Positions 13,398-23,929 of a stretch of 64,000 nt of DNA are shown here, piece by piece; positions within the stretch are counted from its first letter, which is position 1; every line of letters begins with the position of its first letter. Source of the DNA: a virus (lineage: Duplodnaviria > Caudoviricetes). The stretch covers positions 1 to 64,000 of IMG/VR virus record IMGVR_UViG_3300033475_000009; one strand, given 5' to 3'. Made by a program: the position numbers and the translations under genes. The notes under the pieces were generated by a model. The model searched no databases, had not been told where the DNA came from, and saw only the letters and a program-made list of their open reading frames with translations.

Positions 13398-15864
13398 TTC
13401 AATAGAAGTAAAGATTAAAAATGCAGCAGGAAATAATAATACTATTTTCCCTGCATCTATGCCTCCACAAAAGCTGTCTTTTAAAGCTAAAGATGAAGAC
13501 TGGAAAAAAACTTGTATTGATGCTATTATAGCTAAAGGTAATGTAACTTATTATAATACTAGAACTACTAAGTATAATAAACAAGTAAACTATAATTTAG
13601 TAAATAGTATTTTTAGAGAAGAAGATTTTATTTATATAACTGATCCATATGGTTTAAGTAATACTTTTGGTGAAGCTCCTGCTAGAATGGAGAATTACAA
13701 TATTATAAGAAATGTAATAGAGTTCTTAAAAGGAGATGATCTTAGAAGACCTTTTGGTTTTTCAGCAGTAGCAGAGAATGGAGAAGCTATTTCAACAAGA
13801 CAAGAATATAAAGCTAATATGCTTAAACAGGCACTAGCTCAATATATCCAGTCTGAAGAAGCTAAATACGGTCTAGCTCAGCCTCCAGTAGATGCAGATG
13901 GAAATCCTGTGCAACCTCAAACTCCTCACCAGATAGAGGAGTATATGACCTATAGTTATAAAGATATAGCTGAAAAACAAACAAACGATATACTTAATTA
14001 TTTAATTAAAAAAGAAGATATAGTCCTTAAGTTTACTGAAGGCTGGGAACATGGACTAATATCAGGAGAAGAAATATATTATGTAGGTATTAGTTATGAT
14101 GAACCTATACTTAGAGTAGTAAACCCTCTATATTTTGATTATGATAAAAACCCTGATGTAAAAACTATAGAAGATGCTCAGTGGACTAGAGAAGAAAGAT
14201 TTATGACAGTAGGAGAAATTCTTGATGAATATAGGGAATATCTTACTGAGGATGATCTAATAGCTTTAGATGAAGAGTATGTAGGTCTTTCTGAATCAGT
14301 ATCTAAATTTGATGCTTTTCCTGGGTACTCTTATGATAGTTATATTACAGGTAATATGACTACAGCTAATACTAGAAGGGCTAAATATATTAATGTAAAT
14401 GTTTGTTGTTGGAAAACTTGGAAAAAAATAGGTTTCTTTAGTTATACTGATCCTGAGAATAATCAACCTAGATCTCAGATAGTAGATGAAGACTTTAAAG
14501 TACCTAATGAATTTAAACTTCTAAATATACCTTATACTCTTGAATGGGAATGGATTAATGAAGTATGGTCAGGAGTAAAAATAGGTAACCTTATTTATTT
14601 AAATATAGGTCCTATAGAAAATCAATGTAGAACAGCAAATAATCCTTCTTTATGTAAAATGCCTTATGTAGGTAGAATATACAGTGCTACTAACTCAGTA
14701 TCTGTATCAATGGTAGACTTACTTAAGAAGTACCAATTTATATATAATACAATGTGGTATAGGCTTGAAGTAGAAATAGCTAAAGCACAAGGTAAAAAAA
14801 TGGTAATTGACTTAGCTCAAATACCTGAATCAAAAGGAGTAGATCTTGATAAATGGTTATATTACTTTACTAATGTAGGTATAGCTTTTATTAATAGTTT
14901 AGAAGAAGGTAGACCTGGAGATGCTAATTCAGTATCTAAATTTAATCAGTTTACTTCTATAGATATGACAGTATCTCAATCTATAGGGCAGTATATTAGT
15001 GTGATAAATAAGATTGAAGAAGCAGTAGAAAGAGTTTCAGGAGTATCTAGACAAAGATTAGGAGATACTTTCTCTTCTGAATCAGCTACAGGTATACAAA
15101 ATTCAGTAGTACAGTCTAGTATTATTACTGAATTTATGTTCTATAATCATAATAAAGTTAAAGAAAGAGTATTAGCTCAGTTAGTAGAAGCTGCTAAGAT
15201 AGCATATCAAAATAATAAAACTATTACTTATGTAACAGATGATATGCAAAGAGTATTTCTTACAGTAGATTCTGAAAGACTAAATAACTCTGATATAGGT
15301 ATATTTATAAGTAATACTACAAAAGACTTAGATGTTAAACAAAAGATTGAAGGTTTACTTCAGGCAGCTCTACAGAATGATAAAATATCAATGTCCGAAA
15401 TTATTAGAGTTTATAAATCTAATTCTATAGCTGAACTTGATAATATTACTAAACAAGTTGATGCTAGAATGCAGCAACAAGAAGAGCAAGAGAGACAACA
15501 TGCTATGGAGATGCAGCAACAACAATTAGAACAAGCTGCTCAGATACATTCAGAAGAAAGAGAAGATAAAGCTTTAGATAGAGAGAATAAACTTGCTATA
15601 GCTCAATTGCAAACTATAGGATTAGCTTCAAGAAGTAATACTCCAGAGAAAGATAATACTGATGAAATTAGTCTTCAAATTAATGAAGTACTTAATAAAA
15701 GAAAAGAAGCTTCTGATAAAATTAGATTAGAATATGACAAGATAAATGCTAATCAATTAAATGATGATCTTAGAATGCAACATGAGAAAGAGATGAAGGA
15801 TAGAGATTATCAGATTGAAAAGATGAAGATTAAAAGTAAACCAAAACCTGCTAAAAAGAAATAA
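13390..15864 (+). CDS. portal protein (crAss-like, 824 aa)
   Basis: Follows TerL; size; VSGVSRQRLG motif; Gln-rich C-terminal coiled coil. Confidence 0.88.
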   Translation: MASSIEVKIKNAAGNNNTIFPASMPPQKLSFKAKDEDWKKTCIDAIIAKGNVTYYNTRTTKYNKQVNYNLVNSIFREEDFIYITDPYGLSNTFGEAPARMENYNIIRNVIEFLKGDDLRRPFGFSAVAENGEAISTRQEYKANMLKQALAQYIQSEEAKYGLAQPPVDADGNPVQPQTPHQIEEYMTYSYKDIAEKQTNDILNYLIKKEDIVLKFTEGWEHGLISGEEIYYVGISYDEPILRVVNPLYFDYDKNPDVKTIEDAQWTREERFMTVGEILDEYREYLTEDDLIALDEEYVGLSESVSKFDAFPGYSYDSYITGNMTTANTRRAKYINVNVCCWKTWKKIGFFSYTDPENNQPRSQIVDEDFKVPNEFKLLNIPYTLEWEWINEVWSGVKIGNLIYLNIGPIENQCRTANNPSLCKMPYVGRIYSATNSVSVSMVDLLKKYQFIYNTMWYRLEVEIAKAQGKKMVIDLAQIPESKGVDLDKWLYYFTNVGIAFINSLEEGRPGDANSVSKFNQFTSIDMTVSQSIGQYISVINKIEEAVERVSGVSRQRLGDTFSSESATGIQNSVVQSSIITEFMFYNHNKVKERVLAQLVEAAKIAYQNNKTITYVTDDMQRVFLTVDSERLNNSDIGIFISNTTKDLDVKQKIEGLLQAALQNDKISMSEIIRVYKSNSIAELDNITKQVDARMQQQEEQERQHAMEMQQQQLEQAAQIHSEEREDKALDRENKLAIAQLQTIGLASRSNTPEKDNTDEISLQINEVLNKRKEASDKIRLEYDKINANQLNDDLRMQHEKEMKDRDYQIEKMKIKSKPKPAKKK

Positions 15865-15866
15865 AT

Positions 15867-16583
15867 ATGAAAACTAAGAAAGTAATTAAGATTAAAAAAT
15901 ATCCTGAAGGTACTAGTTCAGTTTCTTCCAAAAAAGAAGTATCTAGAATAAGTAAGCCTTTAGATACCTATAATAGAGAAACTACCACTACCTATGAAAC
16001 TAAACCTGGAGTCAAAGGTAAATTATATATTACTAAAGGTACAGTACAAAGAAATTCTATAGGAAAAGGAGTAGATTTTAAACCAGAAGGTACTGAAGAA
16101 AGAAAAAATAATAAGATAGTAGATCCTAAATCCAGAGCATTAGAATCTACTAGTCAAGCTACTCTACGTCAAGCTACTCAAGAAGTACATAAAGATGTAG
16201 ACCTTTCTAAAAGATATAAAGAAGGAGACTATGTAACTTATAATACTAAAAAAGGATCTCAGGTAGCTGGTAGAGTAGATAAAACTCCTGATATACCAGC
16301 AGAATATGAAACTGAAACTAAAAGAGAAGTACAAGTTTCTAGGAAAGGAGATACTAAAGACTCAGGAGGTAGATCAACTTTAGGTAAACAATATGAATCC
16401 CAAGGATATAAGAATATTCCAGGTACGTACAAATATACCAAAGCTGATGAACATAAATTTGTACCTGAGGATCAGGTAGATGCTCATATAAAACAAGGAT
16501 ATTATAGATCAGATAGGGTGAAATCTGAACTAGATAAAAAGAAAAACGGCGTTAAAAAGATTAAAGTATTTAAGAAAAAGTAA
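15867..16583 (+). CDS. Lys-rich protein, probable internal virion protein
   Basis: Between portal and scaffold; KIKKYPEGT N-terminal motif shared with ORF 31656. Confidence 0.6.
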   Translation: MKTKKVIKIKKYPEGTSSVSSKKEVSRISKPLDTYNRETTTTYETKPGVKGKLYITKGTVQRNSIGKGVDFKPEGTEERKNNKIVDPKSRALESTSQATLRQATQEVHKDVDLSKRYKEGDYVTYNTKKGSQVAGRVDKTPDIPAEYETETKREVQVSRKGDTKDSGGRSTLGKQYESQGYKNIPGTYKYTKADEHKFVPEDQVDAHIKQGYYRSDRVKSELDKKKNGVKKIKVFKKK

Positions 16584-16589
16584 TAGTAA

Positions 16590-17084
16590 CTACTCAGTTA
16601 CTATTACTACTACATACCAATCTAATTCATGTATATAACCTATACCAATACCTATTTGAGTATCTTTATTATTAATACCTAATAGATGTTTTCTATGACC
16701 TTTAAATAAACTATTCTTGTCTAAAATTAACTGCTTGCAGATTTTATCAAGACTAGTATTAAAAGCTATAGACTCATTATAACCTAAAGTGCTATGAGAA
16801 CAAGTAATATTATCTTTATTATATTTACTATTAGCTAAGTATTCGGCATAGCTATGTGCTTTCTTACATAGTCTATAACTAATAGTTAGTGAATCTTTAA
16901 TAGATAATGTATCTAATCTTTCACTTACTATATTCTTATCTATAGAATATTTATAAGGATCAGCTCTAGCAGTATTAATCTCTCTTACTAATATCTTAAC
17001 TTCATTAGTAATTAGATTTCTAGGTTGTGCATTAACCACTTTAATACCTAAAATAGTTAATAAAATAAACAATTTAGTTTTCAT
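16590..17084 (-). CDS. secreted CAP/SCP-domain-like protein
   Basis: Signal peptide ending A-Q; INTARA, AHSYAEYL, H-S, GHRKHLLG, QIGIGIG motifs. Confidence 0.7.
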   Translation of the reverse strand: MKTKLFILLTILGIKVVNAQPRNLITNEVKILVREINTARADPYKYSIDKNIVSERLDTLSIKDSLTISYRLCKKAHSYAEYLANSKYNKDNITCSHSTLGYNESIAFNTSLDKICKQLILDKNSLFKGHRKHLLGINNKDTQIGIGIGYIHELDWYVVVIVTE

Positions 17085-17175
17085 AATAGATGTAATTTAG
17101 CCGTTAGTTTAACCAAAATTATAATTTTAAATAAAATAGATATAACAAAATTTGTTATAATTAGTAATTAGTAAT

Positions 17176-17183
17176 TAAATTTG
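17176..17183 (+). promoter_or_regulatory. -7 promoter element for scaffold/MCP
   Basis: TAAATTTG, 7 nt before ATG 17191. Confidence 0.5.
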
Positions 17184-17190
17184 AACATAT

Positions 17191-18261
17191 ATGTTAGACA
17201 ATACCCAAAACAACTCAAAAAAAGTCTCTCATTTTCTTGATGAATTAGTAGAAGAAACTACTACAATAACTAATGTTAAAGATAAGGATGTAAGTCCTAA
17301 TAAAACATTAGAACAAGAAGTAGAGGAAACTGAAGAAGTAGAAGAAATACAGGAAGAAGAAACTAAGACTCCTGAAGAAACTCCTGAAGAAGTACCTACA
17401 GAAGAGGATGATTTTACCTATGCTCCTTTATTTCAAGATTTAATAGACAATGATCTATTACAAGTATCAGAAGAAGGTAAAGAATATGATGATACTATTG
17501 AAGGTGTAAGAGAAGCTATAGATGATACTATTAAAGTAAAATTTCAGCAGTATAAAGATTCATTAGTTAATGATAAATCTAAAAAATTCCTAGAGTATCT
17601 GGAAAATGGAGGCAATCCTGATGAATTTATAGAAAGAACTGTTGAATTTGCTGATTATGAAAGCTTAAATATAGCAGATGAAGAGATAGCTAAGAACGTT
17701 ATATATGATAGTATGATAGTTCAAGGCTTTGATGAAGAAGATATTAAAGCTCAAATAGAAGAATTTTCTGAGATAGGTTCTTTAGCTAGAAATGCTAAGA
17801 TAGCTCAGAAGAAAATGGTTAAGTATGTAGAGGAACAGACTGAAGCTATATTAGCTGAACAAAAAGCTAAGGAGCAAGAAAGAATAAATAGGCTTCAACA
17901 GGAAGCTGAATCATTTAAAAAGATGATTTATGACTCTAAAGATATAGCAGGTTTTAATCTATCTAAAGCACAGAAGGATAAGTTTCTAGATTATATGACT
18001 AAACCTATTAAAGATAATACAGGTAAAGTATATACTCAACATATTCTGGAAACTACAGAAGAAGATAAACTCAAAATGGCTTTATTCAAGTTTATGAAAT
18101 TTGATTTTAAAGAAGTTGAAAAAAATGTTCAAACTAAAACAGTAAATGAACTTCAAATGCAACTTAAGAAAAAAACAGATAAAATAACTACTAGAAATAC
18201 AGCGCAAAATAGAGAAAATGAGGATAATATTAAATTACCTGATTATAATTGGCTATCGTAA
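17191..18261 (+). CDS. capsid scaffolding-type protein
   Basis: Highly acidic N-terminus, coiled coil, directly upstream of the MCP. Confidence 0.7.
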   Translation: MLDNTQNNSKKVSHFLDELVEETTTITNVKDKDVSPNKTLEQEVEETEEVEEIQEEETKTPEETPEEVPTEEDDFTYAPLFQDLIDNDLLQVSEEGKEYDDTIEGVREAIDDTIKVKFQQYKDSLVNDKSKKFLEYLENGGNPDEFIERTVEFADYESLNIADEEIAKNVIYDSMIVQGFDEEDIKAQIEEFSEIGSLARNAKIAQKKMVKYVEEQTEAILAEQKAKEQERINRLQQEAESFKKMIYDSKDIAGFNLSKAQKDKFLDYMTKPIKDNTGKVYTQHILETTEEDKLKMALFKFMKFDFKEVEKNVQTKTVNELQMQLKKKTDKITTRNTAQNRENEDNIKLPDYNWLS

Positions 18262-18290
18262 AAACTTTAAATTTAAAATAAAAACAAAAT

Positions 18291-19748
18291 ATGGCACTAA
18301 CCGTTAGTAAATTTGTAGTCCAACAACCAAGGACTTTTGCTGGTCTGTCAGATACTAATTACTTATATAATAACTATCTAGCAGAACCTGATAAATTAGC
18401 TTCTATCTTTACCTACCAGTTTGGACTATCACAGTATAACATTGTGAATTTACTAACAGGTGGACTAGGAAATGTTTTAGAAGTAAATAGTAATGAGTAC
18501 TGGTGGGATCTATTTTCCAGAAATGATAAATGTCTTACAGTTACTAAAAACTGGGGAGATGGTGGTTCTACACCTGGTATTCAAGGTACTACTTTTAGAC
18601 TTACTATGAATGGAGACTGGTGGGAAGTAGAAGATGTACTTTACTCTGATAAAGGTTCAATGGTACAAGTTAAGGCCAAAGAAATAGATGGAGATGGTTA
18701 TATTTATACTTTAAGACTAACTGACCCAGATCCAATTAAATTCCTTGATTCTACTGAAGTTGCTATAGGAGCATTGTACTCTAAAATGTGGACTGCTGTA
18801 GGAGAATTCTCAGAAAAAGGTGGTGGTATTATTACTTCTACTGGATTTAAACTACACAATAGAACTAATATCCTTCGTAAAGACTATGCAGTAAGTAGAT
18901 CAGCTGCTAATACTCCTCTTACTGTAGATATGTATGCTCCTAATGATCCTAGCAAGAAAACTAGACTTTGGACTACACTACTTGAGTGGACTGCTATGCA
19001 GGAGTTCCATACAGAGATTGAGAAATCTTTAATGTATTCTATCTATAATAAGAATGCTCAGGGTTATGATACTAACTTTGGTAGAAATGCCAGACCTATT
19101 CAAATGGGATCAGGTATTAGAGAACAGATTTCTCCTTCTAATATTAGATATTACTCAGAATTGACCTATGATATTCTAGATAGTTTCCTACTAGATCTTT
19201 CATATAGTGCTAAGCTTTGGGGAGGACAAACTAAGTTTGTAGCTCTTACAGGTAAGATGGGTATGAGAGAGTTCAATAGAGCTATTACTGAGAAAGCTAA
19301 AGGAAATGGATTCTTGGTTTATGATAAAGATACCTTTATCTCAGGTAATGGTACTGAACTAGAATTCTCTGGATACTTTACTAAGGTTAAACTACAAAAT
19401 GGTATTGAACTTTCAGTAGTAGAATTCCCTCTTTATGATGATCTGGAAATGCATAGAGAGCTTCATCCTAAAACTAAATATCCACTTGAGTCTTATAGAT
19501 TTACTATCCTAAATATTGGTAAAGATCAAAAAGGTCAATCTAATATTAGAAAAGTAGTTAGAAAGAATGCTGATATGATCATGTGGCATACAGGAGGTTC
19601 TATTGATATGAGTGGAAAAGTTAAGAATAGTATATCTGTTCTTGGTTCTTCTGCAAGAGATGGAGCTGAAGGTCACTTGGTTACTGAATGTGGAGTTATT
19701 ATTAATGATCCTACTTCATGTGGTGAACTTATAATGAGACTTTATTAA
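18291..19748 (+). CDS. major capsid protein (crAss-like HK97 fold)
   Basis: 485 aa; position; codon bias of a highly expressed gene; motifs EIEKSLMYS, IQMGSGIREQI. Confidence 0.9.
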   Translation: MALTVSKFVVQQPRTFAGLSDTNYLYNNYLAEPDKLASIFTYQFGLSQYNIVNLLTGGLGNVLEVNSNEYWWDLFSRNDKCLTVTKNWGDGGSTPGIQGTTFRLTMNGDWWEVEDVLYSDKGSMVQVKAKEIDGDGYIYTLRLTDPDPIKFLDSTEVAIGALYSKMWTAVGEFSEKGGGIITSTGFKLHNRTNILRKDYAVSRSAANTPLTVDMYAPNDPSKKTRLWTTLLEWTAMQEFHTEIEKSLMYSIYNKNAQGYDTNFGRNARPIQMGSGIREQISPSNIRYYSELTYDILDSFLLDLSYSAKLWGGQTKFVALTGKMGMREFNRAITEKAKGNGFLVYDKDTFISGNGTELEFSGYFTKVKLQNGIELSVVEFPLYDDLEMHRELHPKTKYPLESYRFTILNIGKDQKGQSNIRKVVRKNADMIMWHTGGSIDMSGKVKNSISVLGSSARDGAEGHLVTECGVIINDPTSCGELIMRLY

Positions 19749-19756
19749 CTATAATA

Positions 19757-19788
19757 AGTAGGTAATTATAGAAATATAGTTACCTACT
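19757..19788 (+). terminator. 14-bp GAAA-tetraloop hairpin after the MCP (terminator or mRNA stabiliser)
   Basis: AGTAGGTAATTATA-GAAA-TATAGTTACCTACT; no clear U-tract. Confidence 0.55.
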
Positions 19789-19822
19789 AAATTTAAATTA
19801 ACCCAAACTAAAATAAAATATT

Positions 19823-20614
19823 ATGAATAATACAGTAACTTTAAGAAGAATTAAAAAGCATCAACAACTTGGCGCTCCTGCATATAAAAATGCTAAGGTA
19901 TATTTTTCTGTTAATTTAGATAAAAGAACAGGTGAAAGACCTAGAATTTTAGATGAAGAAGAAGTAAAGTATTTCTCTGAACAATTAGGTATTGATCCTA
20001 AACAATTATCTGTACCTAGTTCAGAATACTGGAGAGACTTTGTATATATTATGCAAGGTGAAAAAGAAGAGTTATCAGAAGATGACCCCTTGCATAAATT
20101 AGTTCTTAAAGTGTTAGAGAGAGATGAAAGAGTAGCTAATGGTCAGGAAGATATTAAAAATAAATCAAGAGCTGAATATCTTCTAGTAAAAGAATCTCAA
20201 GTAATTAAAACAGAACTTGATAGAGCTACTTATAAAATTGATGCAATGGCTAAGTTTGCTCAACTTTCAGAAGAGGATCATATCAATATACTACTAGTAT
20301 ATGGAAGAAATCCTAAAGATATGAAGGCTGATAAAATTAAACTTTCAGTATATCAGGAAATAGAAAGTAATCCTGCTAAGTTCCTTAATATAGTAAATGA
20401 TAAAAACTTTGATACTAAAGTTCTTATTAATGATCTAGTACAAGAAGGTAAGATTAAGAAACAAGGTTCGGCATTTGTCTTTGATGGAGAAATGATAGCT
20501 CATGATCTTGAATCAATGGTTAAATATATTAAAGATCCTAAGAATGTTAATGTTGTTATAGGCTTAAAAAGAGCTTTAAACTCTAGTAGACAATCTGAAA
20601 AGTATAGTGTTTAA
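19823..20614 (+). CDS. conserved crAss-like protein following the MCP
   Basis: Synteny with the crAss capsid module. Confidence 0.6.
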   Translation: MNNTVTLRRIKKHQQLGAPAYKNAKVYFSVNLDKRTGERPRILDEEEVKYFSEQLGIDPKQLSVPSSEYWRDFVYIMQGEKEELSEDDPLHKLVLKVLERDERVANGQEDIKNKSRAEYLLVKESQVIKTELDRATYKIDAMAKFAQLSEEDHINILLVYGRNPKDMKADKIKLSVYQEIESNPAKFLNIVNDKNFDTKVLINDLVQEGKIKKQGSAFVFDGEMIAHDLESMVKYIKDPKNVNVVIGLKRALNSSRQSEKYSV

Positions 20615-21315
20615 TGAATATACAACAAGCACATATAGAATTTAGGCAAGCTATGGATAGGTTAGATTCTTCAGCCTATCCAGACTTCCTACCTGAACAA
20701 GTAGACTATTTTCTAAATGAAGCTTATAATAGATTTATTAAAACTAGATATTCTGGAAATAATCCTGCTAAAACTTCAGTAGAAGAAACACAGAAAAGAA
20801 CAGATGATTTAAGAAATCTAATAGTAACAGATTTTGCTAACACATCATTAAATACTAATGAAGTAAATATATATAATGTATCTCTCACCAGCTTATTTAC
20901 TAATGAGGGTAGAACTGTAAGTTCAACAAATCAATATATGTTTTATTTTAGAGGTAGAGTTAAAGTAAGTAGTCAAAGTTGTGGTAGTAATTATGTATCT
21001 ATAAGAATATATGACCATGATGAAATAAATAAAGTATTAGATGATCCTTTCAAAAAACCAGTAATATATGAACCTGTAGGTTATTTTGAAGGAGATAATT
21101 TATGTGTAGTTACAGATGGTACATTTACAGTAGATAATTTTAAACTTAGTTATATTAAAATACCTACACCTGTTTCTTATAGTGATAATATTACATTTGA
21201 AACAGCACCACATACACATAAAGAAATTATAACTATAGCTGTTTATGTAGCTTTAGAAGATATAGAATCTCCTAGACAACAAACACAAATACAGGCTCAA
21301 TCAATGATGGAATAA
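20614..21315 (+). CDS. head-tail ring/adaptor protein
   Basis: FLPEQVDYFLNEAYNRFIK, EETQKRTDDL, YIKIP, HKEIITIAV motifs. Confidence 0.7.
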   Translation: MNIQQAHIEFRQAMDRLDSSAYPDFLPEQVDYFLNEAYNRFIKTRYSGNNPAKTSVEETQKRTDDLRNLIVTDFANTSLNTNEVNIYNVSLTSLFTNEGRTVSSTNQYMFYFRGRVKVSSQSCGSNYVSIRIYDHDEINKVLDDPFKKPVIYEPVGYFEGDNLCVVTDGTFTVDNFKLSYIKIPTPVSYSDNITFETAPHTHKEIITIAVYVALEDIESPRQQTQIQAQSMME

Positions 21316-21336
21316 ACTTTAAACCTTATAATAAAA

Positions 21337-21786
21337 ATGGCTATTAGTAAAATAAGTAATGTATTTATAAGTACTATAGGATGTTGGACTCCTATTAATA
21401 CAGGTCTTAAGAAAATAAATGAAATTATAGATTATATTAGTAATGGTTCTTTAGTACTTAGTACGCAAACTTTTACACAACAAACTAGTTTAGCTACAGC
21501 TGTACCTACTACAGGTTCTAGTGGGAAGATTGTAACAGTAGATCCCACTTCTGCTGATATAGAAGGACAAGCATATTTTACATTTAGTATGCAAAATCCT
21601 TTGATCACTACTAGTTCTAATATTCAAGCTACTATAAGATATAATCCTGGTGGTTCAGCAGGTATACCAGTAGTTACAGTATCTGCTCAAAATAATGGTA
21701 ACTGTACCTTTAAAGTGTATAATGCTATTGCTACAGGACAACCATTTAATATTACATTAACAATAAACTACTTAATAATAAACTAA
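21337..21786 (+). CDS. virion structural protein (beta-rich)
   Basis: Thr/Ser-rich; structural context. Confidence 0.55.
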   Translation: MAISKISNVFISTIGCWTPINTGLKKINEIIDYISNGSLVLSTQTFTQQTSLATAVPTTGSSGKIVTVDPTSADIEGQAYFTFSMQNPLITTSSNIQATIRYNPGGSAGIPVVTVSAQNNGNCTFKVYNAIATGQPFNITLTINYLIIN

Positions 21787-21810
21787 AATTTAAAATATAT
21801 ATAAATAATT

Positions 21811-23100
21811 ATGGGAAAACCAGTTGAAAAAGTATTAGTAACAAATGTTACTGGTGCAAATACAGGAACAAGTGTAGCCACTATTGTAAATGGTGATATA
21901 CTTATTTTCAATAGAACCTGGGGTACAGCTCTAACTGGTACTCCTACAATTACTTCTAATACTGCTAATGACGTTATCTATATTTCTTTAGGATTAGCTC
22001 CAGAAGGTAACATGACAATGCTTACCTCAGATGCTATACCTGTTAGAAATGTTACAGGATATACTCTTAGCACTTATGTAGCTCCAGTTGAAGAAGTTAT
22101 GACTATACCTTTTGGTACTAATGTTATAACTAGTAATTCTGAGTATTCTTTCGATATTCAGTATATTAACTCTAACTTTAGAGTACTTCAACAAAAGCCT
22201 ATGGCTGAAAGATATAGTTATGTAACTACAGCTAATGCTACTCAAGCTGAATTAGCTTTTGCTATGGCAGTTAGAGCAGGTAATGATAATAACGCTAATA
22301 GATATAGAAAAGTAGAAGTTACTTCAGATGGTACATTTACTGCTTCTTCAGGTGGTGCTGCTACTATGACTCAGTATAGTAAAACATTTACTATTGTTGA
22401 ATCTTCAGGTGGTGCTAATGATGCAGGTCTATATAATGCTGATGGTTCTCAGATGAAGGTAGGAGATATTCTAAAAATAGGTGGTACAAGTGCTACTACT
22501 CCTCTATATCAAATTACAGCAGTAAGCGGTATAGGTACAGCTTTAGCTACTATTAGTATCTCTGAAAGATATCAAGCTACTTCAGGTTCAGTATCAGCAC
22601 CTAATCTATTAGTACAAACTACAGCTGCTACTACTTATAACTTGGTTATTACAGGCTTACCTATTCAACCAACTTCTTCTAGTCCTAATATTCCTCTGGA
22701 TCTATATACTAAAGTAAACTTTACTATTACTTTATTTGAAGTAAATGGACCAGTAGTACCTGCATTTACTCCTACTATAACTACTAGTCTTAACTGGGGT
22801 ATTGGTTATTGGGAAGAAGTTAGAGATAAAGAGTTCTTGGCTTCAGGATACCTTGGAGTACAGAATAGAACTATGTTCCCTGGAATGCTTCTTAACCCTC
22901 CAATCCATGCAGTGTCTGGAAACCAGTATGATTTATTAACTATTTCTTATTATGAGAAAGTAGTAGATGGCCTTAATGCAGTAGATAATAATTCTAAAAT
23001 TCTTACAATTGCATTTAAATCAGATGTAACTACTAAAAGAGCTGCTGTAGTAACTATTCTAAACTCACTATTTGGATCGGTAGGTCTACCAGCACAATAG
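21811..23100 (+). CDS. abundant virion protein, auxiliary capsid-like
   Basis: 429 aa; Thr/Ala/Gly-rich; followed by a terminator. Confidence 0.6.
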   Translation: MGKPVEKVLVTNVTGANTGTSVATIVNGDILIFNRTWGTALTGTPTITSNTANDVIYISLGLAPEGNMTMLTSDAIPVRNVTGYTLSTYVAPVEEVMTIPFGTNVITSNSEYSFDIQYINSNFRVLQQKPMAERYSYVTTANATQAELAFAMAVRAGNDNNANRYRKVEVTSDGTFTASSGGAATMTQYSKTFTIVESSGGANDAGLYNADGSQMKVGDILKIGGTSATTPLYQITAVSGIGTALATISISERYQATSGSVSAPNLLVQTTAATTYNLVITGLPIQPTSSSPNIPLDLYTKVNFTITLFEVNGPVVPAFTPTITTSLNWGIGYWEEVRDKEFLASGYLGVQNRTMFPGMLLNPPIHAVSGNQYDLLTISYYEKVVDGLNAVDNNSKILTIAFKSDVTTKRAAVVTILNSLFGSVGLPAQ

Positions 23101-23149
23101 TGTTCTTAAATAACAGTATATTTAGATGTACTGTTGTTTTGGGTTAATT

Positions 23150-23186
23150 AAGTAAGCTGTAACTAAAAACTACAGCTTACTTTTTA
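23150..23186 (+). terminator. intrinsic terminator
   Basis: AAGTAAGCTGTA/TACAGCTTACTT + T-tract. Confidence 0.8.
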
Positions 23187-23215
23187 TATACTAGTATTTT
23201 ATCTATATTTACTTC

Positions 23216-23929
23216 ATGTCTAAACTCTCAGAAATTATCTCTACTATAAGAAATCTACCTAGAGGTGGTCAGGGTGATTTTGATGATAATGCTTATACTG
23301 ATAGACAAATAGCTTTTATAGTAAACTACTATAGAGCAAAATTAGTACAGCAGGATATAGATAGAGGTAGTTATTTAACTCAGTTCTATAATCAAACATT
23401 AGGTAAAGTAAAACTTATAAGAGCTACTAAAATAGAATGTGGTGATATGGATTGTGAAGTAGGTAACTATATTTTAAGATCTGAATTTGAAATACCTAAA
23501 GCAATAGATACTAAAGACAAAAATTTAATAACTTATGTAGGTACAGTAGATGGTAATTTACCTTATCAAAGAACTACATTTCAAGAAGCTACTTTTGATA
23601 AATATGCTAAATATACCGGTAGAAGAACTAAGTATTATGAATTAAATAATTATATTTATATAATAAATCCACCTACTAATAATCTTAAGTATATTACTAT
23701 AATAGGTGTATTTGAAGACCCTATTAAGGTAAATGAATTTAAGAAAGTAGCTTGTGATAGTAATGACTATTGTTTTAATCCTTTTGATATGGAATATCCA
23801 ATGGGTATGAAATATATAGATACTATTTATAAGTTAATAACAGCTACTGAGTTTAGATTTAATCATATATTACAATATGATACATCTAATAACTCTAAAG
23901 ATGATAATCAAATAGTTCCAGTTCAATGA
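23216..23929 (+). CDS. tail ring protein (crAss-like)
   Basis: TDRQIAFIVNYYRAKL, GVFEDP, EYPM motifs. Confidence 0.65.
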   Translation: MSKLSEIISTIRNLPRGGQGDFDDNAYTDRQIAFIVNYYRAKLVQQDIDRGSYLTQFYNQTLGKVKLIRATKIECGDMDCEVGNYILRSEFEIPKAIDTKDKNLITYVGTVDGNLPYQRTTFQEATFDKYAKYTGRRTKYYELNNYIYIINPPTNNLKYITIIGVFEDPIKVNEFKKVACDSNDYCFNPFDMEYPMGMKYIDTIYKLITATEFRFNHILQYDTSNNSKDDNQIVPVQ

